Source of the DNA: Fonticula alba ATCC 38817
Lineage: Eukaryota > Protista > Nucleariida
DNA: 17,509 bases
Reading direction: 5' to 3' (one strand)
NCBI GenBank assembly: GCA_000388065.2
Contig: KB932203.1
Positions 1-8,390 of this stretch are shown here, piece after piece. Position 1 is the first letter of the stretch. Each line of letters begins with the position of its first letter. The notes below the pieces were generated by a model that did not search any database, had not been told where the DNA came from, and saw only the letters and a list, made by a program, of their open reading frames with translations. A program made the translations under genes and the position numbers.

Positions 1-81
1 CCGCCCCGCTCCGCCCCCCCTACACCAGCATGCATCTCCGCCCCCGCCCCCTGAGGCTGGCTGAATCACTGACACGAGGCC

Positions 82-1302
82 ATGGTGGACATGGAAAATG
101 AACACCCCCAATGCTCAGCCGCCGCCACCGATGGCGCTGATGCCGCCTCCAACGTGGCTGCTGTTCCCATTCACGACGAGTGGATCGAGCCGGCCCCGGA
201 TGCAGGGCGCGGCCGGCCGCATGTTCCCCCTCTCCTCAATGACTCCCTGGTCAAGACCATCCGCGGCCTGGTGCGCGGGGCCTTCGCCCAGCAGGTGGTC
301 GTGGTCGAGGATGCCGACAGCCCGGCCGCCGCCGCCCCCGCCGAACCGCCCGTGCACATCCTTCCCATGCCGGAGGGCGACAGCACGCCGACCCCGGCCG
401 ATCTGGACCCCCCGCGCCGGCCGGCCTTCCCTGGCCGGAAGAAGCATCATGCCTGGAAGCGGGCTGCCTCCTTCGCGGCCCTCGAGCAGGCCGACACCCA
501 CCACCGCCTCGGCGGCCAGCGGCACTTTGTCCGCCGCAGTGCCGACGATACCTTCATCGAGGACTTCCCCGCCGAGAGTGGCACCCTCCTGCCGGATGAC
601 GTCCGCGACCAATTCCGCGAGAGCCTGGGCATGCTGGAGAATGCCCTGGCCGACCCGGTCCTTGTACGTGGCCCGCATGCCCTTCAGTCGCCCCGCCCCG
701 GCTCGCGCCCGCGCCCGCGCCAGCAATCCCGCCACCACCGGTTGCTTGAGACTAATGGCTTTCCAATGTCGCCCACTTCCTGCCTCCCGGCTCGGCTTTC
801 GCGTGCGGGGATTCCACTCGCCGATCGTCGGGCGGTGGGGGGGGGGTCACCCTGTCAGACGTCCATCATCGCCAGTGTCATGATCACCCTCATCATCCTG
901 TCTTTCATTGTCGGCCGGGCGTCCGGCGTGTCGGCCGCGGCCACCTCCCGCCGCGACGCCAAGCTCGCGGCCGCCGCCGGCGGACGGGCCGGCGCCTCTG
1001 CCCCGCCCACGATGAAGTGCTGCCGCAACCCGATGTGCCTGCCGCTGAAGCTGTGCTGGCGCGCGGTCTGCGGCCCGAAGAAGAAGCCCACCCTCGGGCC
1101 TCGCTCGCGCTATGGCACCCGCAGCGGTGCGGGCGCCTCGGCCGCGGCCGGCTCGGTCTGCGACTGTCCCATGAAGCTCGAGACCGGCACCCATGCCAAG
1201 AGCTGTGCCGTGCACAACATGTCGTCCACCCTCTGCCCAGACACCGAGGCCTACATGTACGACTCCGAACTTGATAGCGACTACTCCGACGATGACTATT
1301 GA
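82..1302 (+). CDS. Hypothetical single-pass membrane protein, join(82..663,859..1302), 341 aa, with Cys-rich C-terminal part and acidic Tyr-rich tail
   Basis: GCCATGG start context and strongly C/G-ending codons in 82-663 and 859-1302 but not in 664-858. Removing the intron joins DPVL to TSIIASVMITLIILSFIVG and makes one continuous hydrophobic helix. TGA stop at 1300-1302. No family recognised. Confidence 0.8.
   Translation: MVDMENEHPQCSAAATDGADAASNVAAVPIHDEWIEPAPDAGRGRPHVPPLLNDSLVKTIRGLVRGAFAQQVVVVEDADSPAAAAPAEPPVHILPMPEGDSTPTPADLDPPRRPAFPGRKKHHAWKRAASFAALEQADTHHRLGGQRHFVRRSADDTFIEDFPAESGTLLPDDVRDQFRESLGMLENALADPVLVRGPHALQSPRPGSRPRPRQQSRHHRLLETNGFPMSPTSCLPARLSRAGIPLADRRAVGGGSPCQTSIIASVMITLIILSFIVGRASGVSAAATSRRDAKLAAAAGGRAGASAPPTMKCCRNPMCLPLKLCWRAVCGPKKKPTLGPRSRYGTRSGAGASAAAGSVCDCPMKLETGTHAKSCAVHNMSSTLCPDTEAYMYDSELDSDYSDDDY
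664..858 (+). other. Spliceosomal intron, 195 nt, phase 0
   Basis: GTACGT donor at 664, GACTAAT branch-like site at 750-756, no AG between it and the CAG acceptor at 856-858. Confidence 0.75.
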
Positions 1303-1634
1303 AGGTCGCGCCGGGGGGGGGGGGGGGGCTCGGCCCGCCAGCACCCGCGACCCCTGCGCCCTGGGCCCCTTTGATCGACATCTGCACCGCATTCAGGCAT
1401 CAAGGATGACACGGGGGGGGGAGGGGAGTCAAGGGATCGGTCGCTCACAGGTGAGCCTGTCCTTCCCAGCATGCTCTGCCTCTTCTCCCCACACGGGGAG
1501 GCTTTCGGGTGGGCCCGGCACAAAGTGGCGTCGGGCCTCGACCCTCCTGCTATCCGCGCTTGCGCGGCGTGCGCCTCCCAACTTTTGACCTCCGGTGTCG
1601 GGCTCCAGCGGATGCCCCTCCCCCTTTCCACCCA

Positions 1635-1726
1635 CCCACACCCACACCCACACCCACACCCACACCCACACCCACACCCACACCCACACCCACACCCACA
1701 CATACATACATACATACATACATACA
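1635..1726. repeat. Compound microsatellite (CCCACA)11 followed by about 6.5 copies of CATA
   Basis: Read directly: CCCACA x11 at 1635-1700, CATA repeat at 1701-1726. Confidence 0.97.
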
Positions 1727-1922
1727 CCCTGTCATGTCCCTATAGTCTTCCCTCCCCTACACGTCGTCCACAGTGGCCCTCTCGTGCCATGGGCCTCTGG
1801 ACCACCGTCATAGAGGCGGCTGTGCCTTTCCAGCTTCCGCCTCGCCCCTGTCCCAGCAAACTACACCAGAACAGTACCAGCACCACCTTGCATCGCAGGA
1901 CAGAGGGAAGAAGGGCCCGGAA

Positions 1923-1973
1923 TGAGAGAGAGAGAGAGAGAGAGAAAGAGAGGGAGAGAGGGAGGGAGGGAAG
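1923..1973. repeat. (GA)n / GGGA polypurine tract
   Basis: Read directly from the sequence. Confidence 0.9.
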
Positions 1974-2070
1974 AGCCCGGCGCATTGGAGGAGATGCAAC
2001 TTGTGCCAGGCTGCCAGAGAGGGGGCGGAGGCGGAGGGGCTGCGGGTCAATCCCCATCCTGGGCATCTGA

Positions 2071-2115
2071 CCCCCCCCCCCCCCCCCCCCCCCCCNNNNN
2101 NNNNNGGGGGGGGGG
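2071..2115. other. Assembly gap (10 N, 2096-2105) between C25 and G10 homopolymers
   Basis: N run read directly. Confidence 0.98.
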
Positions 2116-2432
2116 TCGGGGGGCCGGGGCGGGAGTCTGATGGAACGCTGGGCGGCCCGGGAGCCGGTGTTAACTTGTACACCCGGGCATCATGGGAGCG
2201 CGGTCGGGGCGCCCGGGCACGGCCCCTCCTAAATAAAGATATGTTGTTAATTCCCCCGCTGGCCCACGCCCTTCGACCGAGATGGGGCGCGATCGGCCGG
2301 GCAGGATGGCCGGCGGGACACATGCGCACGGCCCCGTGCACAAGCATGGTCGCATAGTGCCGGCTCCCAGGGGCCGCTGGCTGGCTGGCTGCGCGATCTG
2401 TCCGGCCGGCCGATCGCCCGGCGGCTGCTCCA

Positions 2433-2508
2433 CGATTGATCGACCGATCGACCGATCGACCGACCGACCGACCGACCGACCGACCGACCGACCGACCGAC
2501 CGACCGAT
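2433..2508. repeat. Tetranucleotide array CGA(C/T) with a pure (CGAC)12 core at 2457-2504
   Basis: Read directly; degenerate CGAT/TGAT units flank the core. Confidence 0.95.
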
Positions 2509-3233
2509 GGATCGGCCCTCGGCACGCCCCGGCGGATCCATTGGCCGCCCAGCCGGCGGCGGCCCTGCCCTCTGTGGGTGGCATGCGGGCGCTCGCCGGG
2601 CCGCAGGGCCGAAGGGGGACAATGCGCGGTCACTGCACGACGCCTGGCCAGCTCTGCGTGTCAGGCTTGACGTGCGCGGCGTGGGCTACCTGTGTCCGGT
2701 ATGGCCGGCCTGTCTTCGGTGGCACCATCGACGACGACCACGGCGACGGCGCTCGGGGCGTTTGTGGTGGCAGCACACCGGCCCGACCCGGCCTCACCCG
2801 ACCCGGTTAGCCCCGGAGGCGTCATTTGTGAGGGCTGCCAAAGTCCGCCCCCCAGAGCCCGGGCCCGGCCGGGAGGGCATGCTTGGGGCACCTTGAAGCA
2901 ACCACGTCAGCCCCGTGCGCGCGATCATTTTCAAACATCATCTCCCGCGACCCCCTCCTCGGTGTCTCCTGCCGCTCTGCCCGTGGAGGGCAGACGCCCA
3001 ACGGGCGGGGAGAGGGGGGGGGGGGGGGGGCACAGAGTCTGCCAATCGGGCCAGGATCGGAGCCGGGATCGAGGCCAGAGCTCTCAGCGCCTCTCAGACG
3101 CCGCCCCCCCCCCCCCCTCCCCCGCATACCTGACACAAACACCCATTCGCGCGGTCGCCCCTCGCATCCGCAGACCATGGTGGCTTTTGCCGGTCCGGCA
3201 TTCCAGACAGCCCACCAAGGACAGCCGCGCGAG

Positions 3234-3268
3234 TATAAAAGGCGCCCCCTCCGTATGACCAAGTCATC
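3234..3268 (+). promoter_or_regulatory. TATA box (TATAAAAG, 3234-3241) with an Inr-like TCATC about 32 nt downstream
   Basis: Canonical TATA in a very GC-rich background. The A at 3266 sits at textbook spacing. The first ATG downstream (3422) starts a signal peptide. Confidence 0.6.
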
Positions 3269-3421
3269 GAAGGTCCGGACAGCCCCTCCTGTTCGGCAAC
3301 CGCAGCACACGCACTGCCCCACTCCCCCGCCCCTCACCTCCACCCTCTCCTCGCACGCTTTGCCCTCTCCTCGTTGGTTGTGCTCCCCCACACCCTTCGC
3401 CTCGTCCGCCCCTCGAGCAAT

Positions 3422-3518
3422 ATGCAGCCCTGCGCCCGTGGGCGCCTCGCCGCCGGCCTCCTGGCCATGCTGGTAATCACCAGCGGCGCACTTGCCCAGC
3501 CGATCGTCGCTCCTGACG
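3422..3518 (+). CDS. First coding exon of a secreted or surface protein (signal peptide); rest of gene missing at the gap
   Basis: MQPCARGRLAAGLLAMLVITSGALA|QPIVAPD has a basic n-region, hydrophobic h-region and an ALA cleavage motif. A at -3 of the ATG. GTGCGT donor at 3519, the same donor used by two introns of the minus-strand gene. Confidence 0.65.
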
Positions 3519-3574
3519 GTGCGTCTCCGGGTCCGACCCATGCGCCTTGTGGGAAGTGCTTGCCCCCCCCCCCC

Positions 3575-3584
3575 NNNNNNNNNN
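3575..3584. other. Assembly gap (10 N) inside a poly-C tract
   Basis: N run read directly, with C12 before and C-rich sequence after. Confidence 0.98.
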
Positions 3585-3675
3585 CCCCCCGCCCCCCCCG
3601 CTGACGCACATCCGCCCCACTTTCCCCCTTTCCCTTCGGCTTCCTGCTCCCTCTTCGCCGCTTCCCTCCTCCCAG

Positions 3676-4690
3676 CCTCGACACGCCGGGGGTCATCCAG
3701 CGTGTGGCCGGGCTCTTCCAAAACCACCACTCGCTCATCACCGGCTTCAACACCTTCCTCCCGCCGGGCTTCCGCATCGAGGTGTCGGAAAACATGTCCG
3801 GCCCGATTATCCTCACCAACAATGGGGTATCCATGCGCCTTGAGCCGATCTTCCCGACAACCGGGCCACGCTCCATCCAAGCGAACCAAGCTGTGCCCTC
3901 GGTGGTCGGCCCGGTTGCTGGCACTCCTGGCGACATGGGCCCGACCACCATGGTGGTCGATGGCCCCCCGCTCGCCGGACCTGGCGGCGCCCCCCCCGGG
4001 GGCATGGTACACATGATGCCCGGAGGCGCCGGTCCGGGCAGTGCCGGCCCCGGTGCCCCGCTGGTTGCCAACACCTCGGCGGTCCCCCTGGGCCACATGG
4101 CTACCGGCCCGGGGCTCGGGCCGGGTCGCGGCCTCGGTGGCCACATGCACCATGGCGGGCTTGGTCCAATGGCCCCGGGCCTGGCCCCGGGCCCGGGCCC
4201 GGGCCCGGGGCCCACTCTGACCGGTCCCACTTCGCAGCAGCAAACGCCGCAACTCGCCACCCCGACGGTGCCCTCGCAGCAGGGCGGCCTGGTGCCCATG
4301 CCCGCCCTGTCCCCGGGCCAGCAGTCCCAGCCGTCGCATCAGCCGCAGTCGCTGCCCACCGGCGGCCACCATGCGGCCTTCCCACCGATGCAAGCCACCG
4401 GCCAGTTCCCCATGCATGGCGGCCAGCAATCGCAGGGCTCCTCCGGGCATGGTGCCATGCCGGGGCTCGGCCCGGCACTCGGGCCCGGGCCCCTCCCCGG
4501 CAGCGGCCCCATGCTCCCGCCCCTGGACACCGCTGGCTCCGGGCCCCCGTCGGCTGCCACCACCCCGGCACCCTCCGGCGACAGCGGCACGGCCTTTGCC
4601 TCTGGTACCGGGGCCTCGAGCCCCTCCTCGGCGGACTCGCCGCAGGACGGCCGCGCCGGGTCCCCCTCCGGTGGCTCGCAGCAGGGCGAG
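3676..4690 (+). CDS. SIN3: Internal exon of Sin3 transcriptional corepressor: C-terminal half of PAH1 plus a G/P/Q/H-rich linker (partial gene)
   Basis: LDTPGVIQRVAGLFQNHHSLITGFNTFLPPGFRIEV matches the Sin3 PAH1 pattern (IDTPGVIxRVxxLFxGHxxLIxGFNTFLPPGYxIE). GCTGAC branch site at 3600-3605, pyrimidine tract and CAG acceptor at 3673-3675 (phase 2). GTACAC donor at 4691 (phase 0). Confidence 0.9.
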
Positions 4691-5828
4691 GTACACATTC
4701 TTTCCCCATCTCGACCCTTTCTTCTCCTTGCTTCCCTTGCGCCATCTCTCTCTCTCTCACTGGCGTCTTCCCCATCTGCCCCTCCTGACATCTGCCCTTT
4801 TGCCCTGCTGCCCGGTCCCCCCCCCCCCCCCCCCCAAAGAGTGTCGCACTCGCACACACACGCATCCGGGGCCAGTTCCGACCAGGATCGCGGCACCTGC
4901 GGTTGGGGCACTGGCGATGCGGCGTGGGAAACTGGCCTGGCATTCCGATGGCAGCAGTGTCCGATTTTCCGCGATCCCTTCCCCCTCCCTCTTTTCCACG
5001 CATCCCCCCCCTGGTCGCCCGCACGCCAGCCGCCCGGGGAAACACCGGGGGCGGATTGAGCGAGATAGGCCCAGCGAGCCCGTCCATTTCCTGGCGCGAG
5101 CCTGCTCGTGGGCTTCTTTTTTTTTTTGCTCCGCCACCTTCCCTCCTCCATGTGCGCTGCATGGGCGGCGGGTTAGGGGGGGGGGGGGGGGACATTGTGC
5201 CATGATGCGAGAGGCGGGTCCCAGGCCGGCGCGACAAGAATGGGACTTTCTGGCAGGGCGCGCCACAACACCCTGCGGGGGAGGTGGAGGTGGAGATTGG
5301 AGTGGTGGGGTGGGGTGGGATGAAAACACGAGAAGCGGCGTGGTCTCTTCTGGGGGGGGGGGGGGGGGTCATGCAGGGTGTATTTGGCGCCCCGGGAAGC
5401 GCGGGCAAGAGGGAAAAGGGAAGAAGGGGGAAGGTGCTGACCTGGGGAATCTGAGAGGGTGGAAAGCTCCAGGGGCAGGAGGGCAGGGGAAGGGGGGAGG
5501 AAGGGAAACGCGGCCTGGCGCGGGAGGGGGGGGGTTGCTCTGTGCGGAAGGATAGGAAGGTAGACCAACGAGCGGAAGGGGAGAAGAGATGGGTGGGTGG
5601 GGATGGGGGAGGAAGAAGGCACCGGATGCGGCGGAAACAAGTACAAAGAAGGCGTTTCGTCGGGAGGGGGAGGGAAGTGTGGAGGAAAGGGGAGAAAGGG
5701 GAGAAACACCAGAAGGGGGGGGAGCAGGAAGATATGGGGAAGGTGAGGACACCCCGCCCACACCGGTATGCACAAGCAGGCAACCTGGCTGGCCGTGTTG
5801 TGGGGAGGGAGGCGAAACCACAGATTGC

Positions 5829-5887
5829 CACACACACACACACACACATACACACACACGCACACACACACACACACACACACGCAC
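5829..5887. repeat. (CA)n microsatellite just past the stop codon of the minus-strand gene
   Basis: Read directly, with TA and CG interruptions. Confidence 0.95.
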
Positions 5888-5898
5888 ATGGCAGAGCA

Positions 5899-7864
5899 TC
5901 ACTTGCCGAAGAGCTGGTCGGTCGGGCCCGAAGAGGGGGGCGGCCCGTCGGGCATGGACGAGGGGGCCAGCAACGGCGACAACATGCTGCCATCGTGCGG
6001 ACCACCGCCCGGGCCTCCCCCGACACCGGGCTGCTGCTGCATGTGCGGGTGGTACTGCGGAGACCCGGCCGCGGCCGGCTGCTGCGGATGATGCTGGAGG
6101 AAGGCATGAGGAGACTGGCCATCACCGCCGCCGCCGGTGGTCGGATCGGACGCCGAGAAGGCTCCCGGAGGAGCGCCAGCACCTGCCGCCGCCCCCCCGG
6201 CCACCGGGGCAAAGTCCCCGGACGACGGCTGGTGTGGCGAATAGTGCCCGGTGCCGCGGTAAGGCCCGCCGGCCGGGGCTCCCACCATCGCCGAGTGGAG
6301 GTGATGTCCCCCGGCCGGGGCGCCCACCGGCGGCTGCTGCTGCTGCTGCTGCTGCTGCGGGATCTGACTGAAATCACTGAAGGAGGGCGACCGGTGGTGC
6401 GCCTGCAGGGAGGAAACGGGGTGCTGCGGGTGAAGCGCCCCCGGCCCCGGAGCCGCGGGCATCGGCGAGGAGGAATGCTGCCCGGAGGGGGTCGCATGGC
6501 CGGACATGTGGCCACTGCTGGCCGCCACCACCCCCGAGCCATATGCATGCTGCTGGGGGGTGTGCGCCCCGCTGGCCGACCCATCGCGCCGGTGGACTGC
6601 CGCCGCCATGGCGGCCCCCAGGTGCAACTGCGGGGAGCTGCTCCCCGGCGAGGAGGACATGTGGCCCCCGCTTGCTGGGTGGTAGGAAGCCCGGCCGCCG
6701 GTGACCGGCCGCCCGGGGGTGCCGGCCCCGGCCGGCGGCGATACCTGGTGCGGGTGCCCGTGCTGGGCGACCGGCACCGCGACACTCACGTGGTAGTGCT
6801 GCTGGCCACCGCCGCCACTGGCGTGGTAAGCCTGGGACGCTGAGTGATACTGTGCTTGCTGCTGCTGCTGCTGCTGCGACAGCGACGGCGGCACCTGTGC
6901 CGGGTGGTAGCCACCGCCGCCGCCAACGGCCCCGTCCAAGAGCATGACGCCGCCACCGCCGGTGCTGGCAGCAGCAGCAGCAGCAGTGCCGCCATTGCCG
7001 GAAACCACCGGCGAGTAGCCGCCGGTCGTCACCAGGTGATGCCCGGCCGCCGAGGCCGGGTGCATACCCGCCGCCGGATGATGCCCATGGTGCCCATGAT
7101 GCCCATGGTGGTGTTGCTGAGCTGGCGACATGGACGCCGGAGAGCCACCATCCCGGGCGGCGCCCCCGCCAGGACCGCCATACGGCGAGGAGGAGGCCGC
7201 ACCGGCCGAGGGAGGTGCCCCATGGTGCAACATATGCGCCGCGGAGTTGGCCCGATAGAACTGGTGCGTGGGAGGGGGGGCCGCCGCCGCAGCCGCAGCC
7301 GCCGCCGCAGCCGCCGCAGCCGCAGAACCGCCACCTGCCATGAAGGGTGCTGCCTGCCGGCTGACCGGGATGCTGGTGACCGGACGCCGGTCATCCACCA
7401 ACAAGGACATGTGGCGGTCGGCCCCAGCCGAGGGGGAGGGCTGGGCGCTGCTCAGATGCGGCGACATGGCAGCCATCGAGGAGGCCGGCGAGGCCATCGG
7501 CGCAAAGCCCGACCCCCCGGGGGTGCCTACCTCGGAGGAGGGGGGAGCCGCCGGGGCTGCCCCGGAAGCGAAGCCGCCGGCCGCATGCCCGGCCGCCGGC
7601 ACGGGGACACCCATGTGCCCGTGGCCGGAGGAGGCCGCAGTCGCCGCGGCCACCGTCGCCGCGGCATACTGTGCCGGGTGGATGCCCACCGCGTGGTGAT
7701 GGTGCTGGTGCTGGTGCTGCTGGTGCTGATGCTGCATGTCCAGGTGCGAGACATAATGCGAGGCCCCGCCGGCAAACATCGGCTGCATGGGGGCCGCCGG
7801 CGCGCCGCCGGGGCCGCCGACCGACATGCCGAAAGACTCGTGCCGCGGGCCCATGGACGGCGTG

Positions 7865-7911
<47 letters not shown>

Positions 7912-8353
7912 ATACCCGCCGGACCCGAAGGACGACGAGTGGAAGGACGGCGTGCTGGGCATGAGCCCGGGGACATCGCTCTCGGAGTGGGGGTACACCG
8001 CCCCCGGCATACCCGGCGACTGGTGGTACGCCACCGTGGCGTGGTGATACGCCGCAGCCGGCACAAGAGCCTGCTGCGGCGGCTGCGAGGGCTGCGACGG
8101 CAGCGGCTGCGGCGGCTGCGGCTGCTGCATGTATGGCTGCACATGTCCCGGAGTGTGGGCCTCGCCACTTTCCAGGGCTTGGCGGTAGCTCGACAGCTCG
8201 GACATGGGAATGAACCGCAGCTGCTCGCCATTGAGGATGATCGACCGGAGAGAGGCCACCGAAGCGGTGGAGAGGCTGAATTGCCGGCGCATGCGCCGAC
8301 CCGCAGGCCGGGGGGTTCCCCCGCTGTTGGCCGCGTCCGATGCACTGTCGGCC

Positions 8354-8390
<37 letters not shown>

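Noticed and set aside
2229-2250. AT-rich patch containing AATAAA as the poly(A) signal of gene 1
   Set aside because: It lies about 930 nt past the stop and beyond an assembly gap, so linkage cannot be shown. It could equally be a promoter element.
4172-4212. Self-complementary (GGGCCC)n run as a structural RNA or terminator
   Set aside because: Fully explained by Gly-Pro dipeptide coding (GPGPGPGP) within the SIN3 exon.
2822-4696. 624-aa minus-strand ORF
   Set aside because: Antisense to the SIN3 exon, crosses an N gap, and has no recognisable domain.
4691-5059. C-terminal extension of the 3704..5059 ORF as part of Sin3
   Set aside because: Begins at a GT donor and reads through a pyrimidine tract and C19. 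It has no resemblance to PAH2, so it is intron read-through.
4101-6785. 894-aa minus-strand ORF overlapping the end of the large gene
   Set aside because: An alternative frame that runs through (TG)n, poly-C and pyrimidine tracts (CVCVCV, PPPPP). Long stop-free frames are expected at this GC content.
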